DNA of 64,000 bases, taken from positions 2,294,001-2,358,000 of the forward strand of contig AP024665.1 of NCBI GenBank assembly GCA_024346625.1. The letters run 5' to 3'. The notes beneath the pieces were generated by a model. It was not told the DNA's origin, did not search any database, and was given only the letters and a program-made list of their open reading frames with translations. The DNA is from Williopsis jadinii. Taxonomy: Eukaryota. Shown piece after piece: positions 1 through 12,540 of this stretch. Both the position numbers and the translations under genes were made by a program. Each line of letters opens with the position of its first letter. Positions within the stretch are counted from its first letter, which is position 1.

Positions 1-3000
1 TGGGCTTATTATTATTATTATTTTCCATGCCTCTATCAATTCTAAACCAGTCCAGTAAACCATACTCTGCTGACGACTTCAATGATGAGACAAGGGCGAA
101 GAGAATAAACGTCAGTATTAATGGCGATGTTACCAGTTCGTAGCCCTCTGAGCATCGTGGAGAGCTCGGAGCTCGGAAAGAATCGGAATGGAACGTTTCG
201 ACACTCAAGACTTGCGAAAGCATGCAAGAATACGCAGTATACAGTTGAAACAAGCCATTTCAACCAGATTTTTACGAGACACAGTCATCCTGTGCATACA
301 GCTCGCACCCAAAAAGTTATACGTAGACAACATATTCTAATACATAAACAATAGCTTCGACTTCTCGTATGAATGCTGCCCTACTTTGGCTTGATATTGT
401 TGTAACCTGGGAGTAGTTCGTGATCACTGAACACACCGACATCGTGATCTAAGTGAATCTGAATGCAGTGAGTCAGGAGCCATTTGAACCCTTAAAACAA
501 AAAAAAGAAAGAAAGAAAGCAGCACTCAATCTGGCCGTCAACATGAGCATGATGGGCTTTGAGGACTTTGAATTCTAATGGGGATTCACGAGAACCGGAC
601 CTTCAAGTATATGCAGCGCACATATGAATCGATTCCTGGTCAAGCCATCACGATAAAACCCAGGGCGACCCATCAAAGCTTGAAGGTATAGACTCATCTT
701 CTAAAGTATATCTCCGATGGGAACACGCAAAGTGTATAAATGCCACTGGAAATGGAATTCCCAGCAATATAACTGCGATTATTCCAATGATACAATAATA
801 GGTGGCTCATTTGTAGGCATGTGCTGTGATCAATGATAAGCACAACAACTTCAAAGTTCATATGTCTATGAGTTTAAGAACTCCGAATATTGATCTGACT
901 ACAGGACGGTAACATTTGGTTTGGTGATTCAATACGCCAATAACTACGCTACACAACGAGAACGTCACCGCGTCTGAGAATTACAGCACTGCGGCACGCT
1001 GTTGATCATTTTTTGTTGAGCATGCACCGCCGGCTGAAGATACTTTGTAGCCATTATGGATCCACTCATTGACTATTGGTACGTTACAGTGATGTGTGTG
1101 GGAATGGGAGCCGTTGATCAGATGATCTTGTAGGCTAAAATCTCAGATTGAGCTTAACATTATCTTATGTACACGACGAACATATTGGAATTACGTGCAA
1201 TACTGCGGAATTAACGTGAAGTCCTGACGCTAAATTTTACTTCGCTCGATCTGGCTTTCATGACATAATCACGCAATTAACTAAAAAGATACACAGCCTA
1301 GTATCAGTTCTTGTCCTTAAGCCTACATCGCAACCAACTGGTCAGGAACTCGACTCACTTCACTCCTTAAAAGCATTACACATTAGGAAACCTTACACTG
1401 CGTACTAATTAAGCCAAATTGCACATGCAGCATTGGTGTGCTGGGAAGTACCGTGGCGACGGCATCGAGATGACAAAGTGTGATACCACATACAGGAACA
1501 GTAGTTTGATTCTATAACTGTTTCCAAGTTTGTTACACCACATGATACAGTTTTGAGAATATGATATCGTTAGAAGTAATTCTTGATGTTGCCTTAATAA
1601 TATGCCTAGCAATATCCACAGCTAAGCTGATGGAGTTCCACATGCCACGTTGGCCCATTCACTCTGTCAAAGCCCTACACTTATGTTCAAACAAGTTGTA
1701 AAATAGCAACTATTTTGGGAATATGGAAGACATCTGAGGTCAAACCATATCGGATATTCAGCTATATCAGTAACACACTTTGTTAGTGTAATTAAAGACA
1801 TCATGGACATTTGTAAATCGACTTGACTTAGCACCATGACTGTTGATTTTTGAGGATCTCAACGTAATGGCGTTATGGCCTTTTTTATCATTGCATGTAA
1901 ATAATATTGATACTGGAATCACGAATATCCACACTGGTGCTCGACAGGACGGTGCTTATGAAGCTTTCTAAACTCATTTCCGAGTACGATTATGTTTCAT
2001 ATGCACCATCTACATGAGATCTCTATCGAATTCGTGCTTCGTGTGACAGACAAGCCACTGGCGCTCACAGGTCCCAAATACTAACAACTGACGTGGGCTG
2101 TGAATTGTAGACCATGAACTGGCTTTCAGAAGCACATTAAAGCAAAAAACACTCAACTACATGTGTGCCTGTCTTTAGGCAGTAGGCATTATGCTGATTA
2201 TCAGCGTATCTTTTAACTTCGGAGGAAGCTGGCTTTATTATTAAGTACTCCTTTTTGAACCACTTCATCACTCTACGACAACGTCCATAGATTGAATACT
2301 AGAATAACGTGCCTTATAGTTCGGGGGCTGTTGATTCACAGCTTCATAGAAAACCAGCTAATTTCTACACATCGGGCGTTCCCAAGCATGCATAGGATAC
2401 CAACTTCCAAGTACAGAATTCAACGTAGCACATGCAGAATCTCATGCTCTGTCTGGGAGCTTAAAGTCAAGCTCAAATGTGTATGCACATACAACACATA
2501 CGTACGGATGACTGAATGCATGCCGGTATACATTTGCCTATGCTCATACCTGGAACACAGGTCTAAGATATTGAACATGGTAGTTTTTGTTTGCTTTAGG
2601 ATAAAGATCAATTATAACGTGTGTTGTGGATTGGTATATTCTTTCAAGAATAAGTTTATTTCCAAATGCGTTGATCTGGTGTTGAAATTGAAGTGTCGTA
2701 TAGCCTGATTTGGTGCAGTTAACCACCTCTGCAGAAAATTTGTAAGCGGAATCTTTGTTTTGTATTGATCTTAGATCTCACTTGCCAAACATCTACAGAT
2801 TGATCCAATTGCGCATTAGACCATACATTGCAAACATATACTGTTTATGTGTGCTACTTTGAGTGTGATATCATCCACAGCAACTTCGGCTTGATCTGTT
2901 CAAGTCCACCTTGCTACTTCTGCTTGCTGGCGTATCTCAAATCGAATTTTAGAGAGGTACATTCTAACCAGCACCGAATCGCTATCAATTAACACGGTTT

Positions 3001-5892
3001 GCCGTCGGGGTTGAGGTCTTAGCAAAGGACGTATCTATGCATACATCAGAAATTACGGCTGCAAGTATTGCTCCATATTGGAACGAAATCTCCTGTAATT
3101 CTTGATGAGAAATGATACGATGTACATTCGAAGCATTTCATTAGGAGACTTGAAAGAGTCAAAACCAAAAGGAGCTGCTTAAAACTTACCACTCTCTTAA
3201 ACGTTTGTTGTCGTATTACAACTTGTTTGTTTCCCAGACAACATTGACATCGTATCGAGAAAAGACGTAATAGAAATTACGTATTGGTACACACATATAG
3301 GAGTGAATCATGTGGATGCCAGGGACACGTTATATGCGCCTCTACAGACAAATTGAGCTTGCTAGTAGATTAGGGGCTTGGTCAGACTTTCCAAGCTTTT
3401 GCCCACGACTTGGGCTTACATATACTCACAATTTGTAAATGCGTTGACTGCCCCAATTGACGACATAGTCTACGTAATGAAACAAAATTATATAACGGCT
3501 TTAGAGCAACCCTAAGAAGACGATGTGAGCTTATTTCAAAGATGTAGTATTTGCATCGAAGCCGCACATCACCCATTAACACCTTACCAGTTGATTGGTT
3601 TCGGACGACATCCCGAATATCCAAAAAGAAGGTTTGCTCTTGCAATCTTCTTTTACACTCATATGCATCGCACATCTTTGTAAGCTATGCATTCGTCTTC
3701 GCCATGGTACCGCTCGTGCACCTCACTCGTGTTCTTCCTTCCCCTATAAACGCCGCCAGACTCAGTCTAGTGAACCACCCTTACACACCTTCCCCGTTGC
3801 CCTGTATCGTACTTACTGGCAATCCTGAATGTCTTGATGCTCCATACCCAACTACAAGAATGGCTAACTGCTACAGTAAGAGCAGAAATGTACAGGTCTT
3901 TATGCAGGAGCTGCAACCTAAATTTCCTTATGCACAGACACTACATTGTAACGCATAGTTTTCTGTATAATATGCATTGTGACTTACGATCGACGCAGAC
4001 TCAAACTTTAAAGGGAATCAGATATGACTTTTACATACGTACATACAGCAATGACGATTCTGACGTCAAGAACCTAAGAGGAAATGGATGTTGTGGGCAG
4101 AAAAAGTGCTTGCGCCTTGGAGTATTGATGGATCTGCAAGCAGCGTACAAGGTGTAGCCACCGATGTAATACAGCACGGTATAGCCTGTCGCGTGTACAC
4201 GGTTTCTTACAACACAAATGTAACCACAACTTGTACGGATGGCCCATGTTTACATTGTTGACAGCTGTATCGTTCTGGACGAGGACTAGATCTGAGTATT
4301 TAAGAAGGAGCACGTTGATGCACACATAGAGACGTGTACGCTGCCCTGGAGGGGATATTTTCTAGCTGTGATAGGAGACAGTACCTCCAAGCCATCGACT
4401 CTGATGGACAGGCCATCCCAGACCGTATTTTTACAAGCACCAATTGTTCCTGTCACCACCATAATTCGGTGCAGATGAGTTATGTCCATGGCTTCTCAGC
4501 TTGACTGTTTCATTTGCAATAGATGCCGGAGGCGTATATATTAGAGCAAAAAGGAAAGAAGGAAAAACAGGACGTGATGGAACTGGCATGGCGCAGCAGG
4601 TAGATACATAAACAGAGTTTTCCCAGTGTAGTTGTCGGGGATGTGCATTGTCCTTCCAGATGCCTAGCGCCTTTTGCCAGCAGAAAAAGTAACAAAAGAC
4701 TGGTGGGAATTGTTGTTTGAACAGTTGGAAGTTGTAGGCGTATAAAACCACTGCCATATCACCTCCATCTAGTTTTTCCTCCATGTGGTGGCAGCGATTA
4801 CTGCCGTGCTCTTTATTAGACCAGCACTGGAAGAGCTACACAATTGATCACGGCTGCAAGAAAAAGCAAAGCCTCAGTCCCTCTAATTTCAGCAGCTTGA
4901 CAGTTACGAGGTCTACCTAGCAATCACGCTCAATTTGCCTGGTGTTGCCCATCATTCCATCGTCTGCGCCTGGGTAATCTCTCGAGTTTTGAGCCAGAAA
5001 TATTTTGCAAGAGGAGCTGTTCATTTCCACTAACTTGCTTTTCTACAGACGTGTCCTCTGGTCCTGTGCTTATTTGGCAGTCCATTCTGGTGTACACAGC
5101 CGGTGCCTTCTACTTCTTTAAGGTTTCAGAGGCCACAGCTGTTGGAGAAGCTTATAAAGGCCTGGGACATTAATACTCATCCGGGTCAGATCACGATTGC
5201 TCGACAGAAGGCAGGGAGGACTCGACAACACCATAGAACTAAGTGTGTGTGTTGGACGGTACGTCGACAGGACAGCAGGCTCTATCCGGTACTTTCTTCT
5301 GTATTTAGGGGGGAGGGAGCTTGTCGTCGAATTGCTAGCTTCGCTGTAAGAACTCGAGTCACAGTGTACTATATGGTGGGATTATCATTGGCTCAATATT
5401 GATTCTTACTTTGAAATTTTGAGTGATTTGCTCCAATTGAATCCAAGGGAGTGAACAGAGTAGCCCAGACCCTTGATACTTTGTTTCAGGATACACAAGC
5501 ATCAACAGTGCTGAGAGGGAAGACTTCAAGAACAATCACTCACTACTCACCAACATTCAGAGCCAGTTTTATACTACAAAAGGTTGGAAACCTTCCATCA
5601 AACCAATCTGGATTGTTCAAAGACATTGCTGCAAGAGATATCAAGCAATAAGACCCTCAAATCCAGCATAACTGTCACCGAAGAAGAGCTCAGTATAGGT
5701 TGGCGTGTGAAGCATAAGTCAACTGGAAACAAACAAGGTGTACTGATATCTACAAGGACAGAGACGACAGAATCACATACCATTGCATCATTACAAGGAC
5801 ACCATTGTCCAAGAACCCACACACAACGAAACCAGAGCATACTCTGCCAATTGTATTATAGTCCTTCTACCCCTTTTCTTTAGCATATAACC
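1..5892. other. Long gene-free region (>=5.9 kb) upstream of the velvet gene
   Basis: Only short ORFs without yeast codon bias or recognisable domains; looks more AT-rich than the genes; other intergenic spaces in the window are mostly 0.1-1 kb, at most about 2.2 kb. Confidence 0.6.
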
Positions 5893-6602
5893 ATGTGTGA
5901 GTATCGTTGAAAGGCCATTCAGAACACACTGGACTGTTTACTAACAAGACTCTATGCCTAGCACACCGATCGTCTTCAGGAGTCCATTTCCAATTGGACA
6001 TTGTTCAACAACCAGTCAGAGCCAGAATGTGTGGTCTTGGAGACAAGGATCGTCGACAGATATCACCCCCACCATTCGTTAAAGTGAGTCCCTTCGACAT
6101 CACCACTGGCAGACCACTGGACAGCACGTCCATAGAGCTATCACAATTGGTGCTTGTCGTTGAACTTTGGAGCCCAGACGAAACACAGGACTTGACTCTC
6201 AACCAGAACATACAGAACGTTGTTGATGGAGATCATCTAAACAACAGTACAAAACACTCGAACCAGCCGGTCAGCTCGGACTCAGAAGAGTCCATGGGCG
6301 ATGTACCCACGAGGAACCTCATTGGCTCAACAGTGCTCAATGCCTTTTCCCTGTTAAACGATAGGCATGAGCAAGGGATATGGTTCATTCTGGGAGACCT
6401 AAGCGTACGAATCGAAGGTGAGTTCAAACTGAAGCTGAACTTACTCGACTTATCCACAGACCGTTCGATCTCTGCGTTTAGTAACACCTTCAAGGTATAC
6501 AGTGCAAAGAAATTCCCAGGTGTCGTGGACAGTATGCCATTAGGCCGTGTGTTTGCCAGTCAAGGTGTTAAAATTCCAATTAGACGGGAGATGAGGGATT
6601 AG
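5893..6602 (+). CDS. Velvet-domain protein (VeA/VelB/VosA family), 214 aa; exons 5893-5896 and 5962-6602
   Basis: Velvet motifs FQLDIVQQPVRARMCG...DRRQISPPP, RNLIGS, GIWFILGDLSVRIEGEFKLK, FKVYSAKKFPGV...FASQGVKIPIR. ATGT|GTGAGT (5897), TACTAAC (5939-5945), TAG| (5961) gives in-frame MSHRSSSG. Confidence 0.9.
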
Positions 6603-6781
6603 AGAGACCCCTTCCATCTGCCATAATGTTGCTTATAATTCATTTCCGTGTGTGCCTTTGCTTTCCCATTTTGTTTATCTCTTTTCTAATGATGTACAGT
6701 ATGTTTATGTTTATAGAATGTACTATTTATCTCCTATTTACAGCAGTTCGCATGGCTTCTAGCATGGCTTCTAGCACTTGA

Positions 6782-8047
6782 TCATTCCATCTTGAACACC
6801 TGTTCTTGTTTCCATCCATTTTGCTCTAATAACCCACCCAATGGGCCCTGGCTCTCAAAGGGCTTTGCACCTGCAATGTGCTTGACGAATCCATCAGGCC
6901 CGCAGACCAATGCCAATGACGGTGGCTCCTTTGGCAGCTTTTTCGAGGCCTGTGCCTGCTCCAAAGCTGACTTGTACTCCACTGTCGTGTCAATGGGCTT
7001 CAATTCCAAGTCCTTAGCAGGGTTCGGCACCCGTTTCACAAGTTTCTCATGATGGAACTTTGCCCTGTCGATCCTTTCCAACACGCTCAACAGGTGTGGG
7101 AATGGTACTTCAGAGTCTGTCTTGTGGGAATAGTACACATCAACGAACCCACGATATGGATTTCTGGTCAGAAGCATCTGTAAAGCTGGTGCGATTCCGG
7201 TTCCACCACAGAAGAACGCAACGTTTCTTGGTTGTTCTGGCCAATGGGGGTCCGCCAGCGTCTCAGACGGAACGTTCTTTACCCATGGCCTCTCCACGTT
7301 GTTGTTCTTTGTAATTGGGAACTTGAACTCTTCATAGGGCCCACGTAGCTCCAGCTCAGAGCCCAGAGGCTGACGGTAGATCCAACGCGCAACTTCGCCT
7401 TGAGAGTACTTCTTGATGTACAGCACAAGCTTGCCGTCTCTACTGTTGGCGTCCTGGATTCTCACCACGGGCTGCTTGGTGAACTCGGAGTCATACAGCT
7501 CCAACGGCAGTGGCGTATACTTCCTAACAACCATGATCTGTGGTTGTTTGACCTCCACGGACCACAGCTGGTTACCGTTCCAGATCTGCTCAAACTTGGT
7601 GGTGTGCTTCCACTTCTGGAACTTGGGAGTCAGCTCAACCAAGTAGTGGTCGTCGTCAACGTCCAGCTTGTTTGTAATCACGAATGGGATGAATCTCTTC
7701 GTGGTGAGGTACTCCAATGGAGTGTCGTCCATGACAAACTGGTACGCCAAATAGCCCCACGCCATGCCTCCCAGCCCTATGAATATGGGAAGAAACTTCC
7801 TCCAGCGAGGAGGGCCACCTGAGCCAGTGCCATTGTCAGCTGGAATCTCAAAGGATTCCCTCTTGTACGACTCCTGTGCCGTGAAAGTGCCAATAGCTTT
7901 GCTGGCCTGGCTATACGGTATCTCAACATCAGGAACCGGTGGCGCCGACGCCCTCGGCACCTGTTCGCCAGACGAGGAGGACGGCACCGACGACACAAAC
8001 CTCCTACCGGCAAGGCATAGCGTAGAAGCCCTCGTAGCCCTCAACAT
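6782..8047 (-). CDS. CYC2: Mitochondrial FAD/NAD(P)-binding flavoprotein (cytochrome b5 reductase-like), cytochrome c maturation factor
   Basis: Mitochondrial presequence, one TM segment, motifs VVRKYTP, GEVARWI, LRGP, GGTGIAPALQ, VCGPDGF; PEP12 is nearby as in S. cerevisiae. Confidence 0.85.
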   Translation of the reverse strand: MLRATRASTLCLAGRRFVSSVPSSSSGEQVPRASAPPVPDVEIPYSQASKAIGTFTAQESYKRESFEIPADNGTGSGGPPRWRKFLPIFIGLGGMAWGYLAYQFVMDDTPLEYLTTKRFIPFVITNKLDVDDDHYLVELTPKFQKWKHTTKFEQIWNGNQLWSVEVKQPQIMVVRKYTPLPLELYDSEFTKQPVVRIQDANSRDGKLVLYIKKYSQGEVARWIYRQPLGSELELRGPYEEFKFPITKNNNVERPWVKNVPSETLADPHWPEQPRNVAFFCGGTGIAPALQMLLTRNPYRGFVDVYYSHKTDSEVPFPHLLSVLERIDRAKFHHEKLVKRVPNPAKDLELKPIDTTVEYKSALEQAQASKKLPKEPPSLALVCGPDGFVKHIAGAKPFESQGPLGGLLEQNGWKQEQVFKME

Positions 8048-8193
8048 CCCTGCGTTCTCTGCTTCCTGAGATGAGCCCTTGTGCCCTGCCTAGCTGGCCT
8101 GGGTGTTAGTGAGGGCACCGTGTGAAAAAAAGCATAGGCCCGCGCAGCCAGCGCCAGTGAAAATTACCGGGGGGGGGGGCGGTTAGCCCTCAG

Positions 8194-8242
8194 CTACAAC
8201 GTCGGCTTCTCCGCCTACAACGTCGGTTTCTCCGTCTACAAC
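8194..8242. repeat. 21-bp tandem repeat (2.3 copies), each full unit containing CGG-N5-CCG, in the CYC2/CIA1 divergent promoter
   Basis: CTACAACGTCGGCTTCTCCGC / CTACAACGTCGGTTTCTCCGT / CTACAAC; G-run just upstream (8169-8179). Confidence 0.8.
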
Positions 8243-8284
8243 CACTGCGAGGAGCTCACTGACGAGCCAATTGGTGTTGAAGAT

Positions 8285-9277
8285 ATGTCCATTAGGCTTG
8301 TACGCTCGCTGGAAGCGCACACGGACAAAGTGTGGTCTGTGTCTGTCCACAACAGGCTGCCGCTACTGGCGACGGCGTCGTCCGATAAGAGTTGCAAGAT
8401 CTACGACTTGACGAACGGGGCGCTTGTTGCCACGCTGGACGATACACACAAGAGAAGTGCTCGTTCCGTGGCATGGAAGCCTACTGGGCAGGAGCCGTCA
8501 CTGGCGTGCGGGTCGTTTGACTCGACGATCTCCATCTGGGGCAAGGACTATGACGAATGGTCCCTGCTGGCTGTTATCGAGGGCCACGAGAACGAGGTTA
8601 AGGGCGTGGCGTGGTCTAAGGATGGATACTTTCTGGCGTCGTGCTCCAGGGATAAGAGCATCTGGATCTGGGAGGCCGATGACGATAATGAGGAGTTTGA
8701 GTGTATCAGCGTGCTGCAAGAGCATTCGCAGGACGTGAAGCACGTTGTGTGGAGTCAATATGAGGACCTGCTCGCTTCTTCGAGCTATGACGATACTATA
8801 AGGCTGTGGAAGGAGGACGATGACGACTGGTCGTGTGTAGCACAGCTGACAGGACATGAGGGCACCGTGTGGTGCTCAGATTTCGAAAAGAGTGAAACCT
8901 CCACGAGACTGGTGAGTGGCAGCGATGACTGTACTGTTAGAGTCTGGCAAAGAATAGATGCCAACGATTCTGAGGAGACGTGGGAATTACAAGCCATCTT
9001 ACCACAGTGCCATAAGAGGGCCGTGTACTCTGTGAGTTGGAGCCCGAGTGGCAGGATTGCGAGCGTTGGCTCTGATGGCCAGCTCGTTGTGTATGAGTAC
9101 CAATCTGACCAATGGGAAATCACTCACGTTCAGAAGCTCAGCCATGGTGTCTATGAGGCAAATACTGTCCAATGGTGTAAAGCATATGCTGCTGATGATG
9201 ACAATGGTACTACAACGGCCGAATGGCTAATCACCGGAGGCGATGATGGTAACGTCAACGTTTGGAGCATTTCATGA
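8285..9277 (+). CDS. CIA1: WD40 cytosolic Fe-S cluster assembly protein
   Basis: WD repeats with [48 protein letters not shown]. Confidence 0.95.
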   Translation: MSIRLVRSLEAHTDKVWSVSVHNRLPLLATASSDKSCKIYDLTNGALVATLDDTHKRSARSVAWKPTGQEPSLACGSFDSTISIWGKDYDEWSLLAVIEGHENEVKGVAWSKDGYFLASCSRDKSIWIWEADDDNEEFECISVLQEHSQDVKHVVWSQYEDLLASSSYDDTIRLWKEDDDDWSCVAQLTGHEGTVWCSDFEKSETSTRLVSGSDDCTVRVWQRIDANDSEETWELQAILPQCHKRAVYSVSWSPSGRIASVGSDGQLVVYEYQSDQWEITHVQKLSHGVYEANTVQWCKAYAADDDNGTTTAEWLITGGDDGNVNVWSIS

Positions 9278-9296
9278 TTCGTCATTTCTTACCCTC

Positions 9297-10097
9297 TTAA
9301 ATAAAGATTCCCAACAGCACAACAGCCAGTATTACACATATTATAAGCAGTAGACACATGGTCCTTCTCCCTGATCTTCTCTGATATCTCAGAGCCTTTG
9401 TCAGTTGGCCAGCAGCGTCTTTGGTGGAGTTGGAAATGTCATAGATGTTGGATTCAATGTTGTCAACCATGGTGCCCTGTTCCTGAACAATGGTACCCAG
9501 ATCGTTGAAGATCTCGTTCAACTCTTGTATCCCATGCTCGATATTCTGGATCTCTTCCTCACGCTCACGTATCAGATTCTGCTGATAGACAAACTCCTCG
9601 TTGTTGATAACGTCCTGCTCCAGAACCATCTGGGACGACGCTTTCCCTGGTAACAGTGGCGAGCCGTCAGATTGCACCTGCTCATCCAACGCAGCTTGTG
9701 CCTCTGCCTTGATAGATTTACTGAGACTTGTGAACTCATCCTGTGAATCTGCAAACTCTTGCATACAGTGCTTAGCTTCTCTCGTTATCTTATCCCTGGT
9801 AAACTGCTGTGCCGAGTTCAAATCACCGTCAATGTTCAGTTCCTTGACCAATTGGCCCAGGCTCTTAAACAGCGAGCCTAACAGGTCCATCGAGCCCACA
9901 CACTTCGCACTAACCTTCTCAGAGTTGGCCAGGTTCCTCTTTGTATGGAGAGACTCGAGCTGCTTGTGCAACGTGACAAGGTGGTTGTTCACCTCCAGGA
10001 GAACGTTAGAAGCCTCCTCTGCTGCTCTGTCAAACTCCGGCGAGTCGCTGTATGGCTTCTGCGATTCCAAATCAACGTCGAAGGCATTGAAGGACAT
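9297..10097 (-). CDS. PEP12: Endosomal/vacuolar syntaxin t-SNARE (Pep12/Vam3 family)
   Basis: Habc-like N-terminus, SNARE motif ELNEIFNDLGTIVQEQGTMVDNIESNI, C-terminal TM anchor. Confidence 0.85.
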   Translation of the reverse strand: MSFNAFDVDLESQKPYSDSPEFDRAAEEASNVLLEVNNHLVTLHKQLESLHTKRNLANSEKVSAKCVGSMDLLGSLFKSLGQLVKELNIDGDLNSAQQFTRDKITREAKHCMQEFADSQDEFTSLSKSIKAEAQAALDEQVQSDGSPLLPGKASSQMVLEQDVINNEEFVYQQNLIREREEEIQNIEHGIQELNEIFNDLGTIVQEQGTMVDNIESNIYDISNSTKDAAGQLTKALRYQRRSGRRTMCLLLIICVILAVVLLGIFI

Positions 10098-10194
10098 CTT
10101 TGTCTGGCTGATTTACCCCTGGTGTACGAGCTTTTATTGACCAGTGAATGTTCAACTTGCTCCGATACGCCATACCAGTTTAAGAGCCACCTGG

Positions 10195-10278
10195 ATTACG
10201 TAAGAGATTTTTAATTTTGCTTACGTCATGCATTACATCAGCAAATGATATTCATATTACATAAGCGCTTACGTAACC
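10195..10278. promoter_or_regulatory. Cluster of bZIP-like TTAC(G/A)TAA sites between PEP12 and PNO1
   Basis: GATTACGTAAG, GCTTACGTCAT, ATTACATAAGC, GCTTACGTAAC within 85 bp. Confidence 0.5.
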
Positions 10279-10300
10279 CCAATGGAAAAAAAAGAAATCC

Positions 10301-10328
10301 GCGATGAGCAGCACCGTCTAAAAATTTT
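10301..10328 (+). promoter_or_regulatory. PAC (GCGATGAG) and RRPE-like (AAAAATTTT) ribosome-biogenesis elements
   Basis: Exact PAC at 10301-10308 and AAAAATTTT at 10320-10328, about 100 bp upstream of PNO1. Confidence 0.75.
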
Positions 10329-10421
10329 CCCTTTCTCAGTTCGTTCTCTGAATATCAACATCGTTTGAAGCAGATCTCACCAGTCGAACAATCAGTGTAC
10401 TAAGCATCAGAAGAAGACACC

Positions 10422-11207
10422 ATGGCTGCACCAACTGCTCTCAAGAAAACTGCGGCTGAAAAGGCTGTCGAAGAATCTGTGGTGAACAGACTACCCGTTG
10501 CAGATGAAGATGAAGATGAAGTACTCTTGGACACCGCAGTTCAGGACGCAGATGAAGAAGAGCAGATACCGCAGTCGAAGAAGGAAGAACACAAGGGTGT
10601 TGTTCTCGATGAAGCCGGTAAGCCACGTTTCACGTCGGCCTCCAAGTCCGGCGAGCGCGTCAAGATTGCCTCCAGAAAGGTTGCAATCCCACCTCACAGA
10701 ATGTCCCCATTGAAGAACGCATGGCCAAAGGTGTATCCACCTTTGGTTAGCCAGTTGAAATTACAGGTTAGAATGAACTTGAAGACCAGGACTGTGGAGC
10801 TGAGAACATGGAAGGAGACGACTGATCCAGGTGCCCTGCAAAAAGGTGCGGACTTCATCAAGGCATTCTCTCTGGGGTTCGACATTGACGATGCTATTGC
10901 GCTTTTAAGACTGGACGATTTGTACATTGAAACCTTTGAAGTTAAGGATGTTAAGACCTTGCAAGGTGATCATCTTAGTAGAGCAATTGGTCGTATTGCA
11001 GGTAAAGACGGTAAGACCAAGTTTGCCATTGAGAATGCTACCAGAACGAGAATTGTACTTGCAGACTCAAAGATCCACATTCTCGGTGGGTTTACACATA
11101 TCAGAATGGCAAGAGAGGCTGTGGTGAGCTTGATCTTGGGTTCTCCTCCTGGTAAAGTGTATGGTAACCTACGTACGGTTGCATCTCGTATGAAGGAGCG
11201 TTATTGA
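10422..11207 (+). CDS. PNO1: Pre-rRNA processing KH-domain protein Pno1/Dim2
   Basis: Conserved HLSRAIGRIAGKDGKTKFAIENATRTRIVLAD and LGSPPGKVYGNLR. Confidence 0.97.
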   Translation: MAAPTALKKTAAEKAVEESVVNRLPVADEDEDEVLLDTAVQDADEEEQIPQSKKEEHKGVVLDEAGKPRFTSASKSGERVKIASRKVAIPPHRMSPLKNAWPKVYPPLVSQLKLQVRMNLKTRTVELRTWKETTDPGALQKGADFIKAFSLGFDIDDAIALLRLDDLYIETFEVKDVKTLQGDHLSRAIGRIAGKDGKTKFAIENATRTRIVLADSKIHILGGFTHIRMAREAVVSLILGSPPGKVYGNLRTVASRMKERY

Positions 11208-11580
11208 TCATGGTACATTAATATTTGGCGTTGGTATATAATAGTGGAGCTTGTGGTTTTAATATACTTTTCTATTTGCATTCTTGTGAACTACTTGCCG
11301 AGTTGATGATTGTAGAGACTAAACAAGGGTCAATTGGATGCTACGATGATAAAGCCTCTTGTACCAACACCTGGTTATCTTTTGTTCATATTTAAAAAAA
11401 TTGCAGCACGAGTCGTTTGGTTCTCTCTCCCTCTGCACCTCTTCATTTCAATTTCTGTCAAAGGATATATATAGAAAGGCATTGTCAAAGCAAAACAGGA
11501 ATATATGAGTTCATGTCAAATGAAGGGGCATTCTTAAAGCAAAAGAGCACACAAAGCACACGCTGCTATCACGAGAATAT

Positions 11581-12540
11581 TTACTTTCTGGCGTTGAATT
11601 GGTCCAACAAACCTTGACCCAATCTAGCTGGGGATGGTTGGACAACAACGTTAGCAGCCTCCAAGGCTCTAATCTTGTCTTGAGCACCACCCTTACCACC
11701 GGCAACGATGGCACCAGCGTGACCCATACGTCTACCTGGAGGAGAAGAGACACCGGCAATGAAGGAGACAACTGGCTTTGGAACCTCTCTGGTCAAGTTG
11801 TGCTGCTTGAGGAACTCAGCAGCCTCCTCCTCAGCAGAACCACCAATCTCACCAATCATGATGATACCCTCGGTCTCTGGGTCGTTCAAGAACAAAGTCA
11901 AGGCGTCGATGAAGTTGGTACCTGGGAATGGATCACCACCAATACCGATAACCAAGGATTGGCCCAATCCGGCCTTCGTGGTCTGGTCAACAGCCTCGTA
12001 GGTCAAGGTACCGGATCTGGAGACAATACCAATCTTACCTCTCTTGTGGATGCTTTGAGGCATGATACCAATCTTACACTGCTCTGGAGCAATGATACCT
12101 GGACAGTTTGGACCAACCAATCTGGTCTTGGACTGGGTCTTCAATATGTTGGCGATACGCAACATGTCGTGCTGTGGAATACCTTCGGAGATGGCGACGG
12201 CAAGCGAGATCTCGGCCTCGATAGCCTCCTCAATGGCCTTAGCAGCGATGGAAGGTGGGACAAAGATACCGGTGGCCGTGGCACCGGTCTGCTCAATGGC
12301 CTCACGGACAGAGCCGAACACTGGGCGGTCCAGGTGTGTGGTGCCGGCCTTCTTTGGGTTGGTACCACCGACAACCTGGGTGCCGTAGTCAATGGCATTC
12401 TGCGCGTGGAAGGTGGCCTGCTTACCGGTGAAACCTTGGTAAATAACCTTGGTGTCCTTGTTGATCTTGAGGTTCTTGATGGTGTCGGCGTACGAGCGAC
12501 GGGCGGCGGTGGAGGCAAAACCTCTAACTTGTCTGAACAT
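11581..12540 (-). CDS. LSC1: Succinyl-CoA ligase alpha subunit, mitochondrial
   Basis: [34 protein letters not shown], phospho-His motif RRMGHAGAI. Confidence 0.97.
   Translation of the reverse strand: MFRQVRGFASTAARRSYADTIKNLKINKDTKVIYQGFTGKQATFHAQNAIDYGTQVVGGTNPKKAGTTHLDRPVFGSVREAIEQTGATATGIFVPPSIAAKAIEEAIEAEISLAVAISEGIPQHDMLRIANILKTQSKTRLVGPNCPGIIAPEQCKIGIMPQSIHKRGKIGIVSRSGTLTYEAVDQTTKAGLGQSLVIGIGGDPFPGTNFIDALTLFLNDPETEGIIMIGEIGGSAEEEAAEFLKQHNLTREVPKPVVSFIAGVSSPPGRRMGHAGAIVAGGKGGAQDKIRALEAANVVVQPSPARLGQGLLDQFNARK

Noticed and set aside
2292..5883. Short ORFs in the gene desert considered as genes or retrotransposon fragments
   Set aside because: No gag, integrase, reverse transcriptase or transposase motifs; the lone TACTAAC at about 2079 has no convincing donor or coding frame
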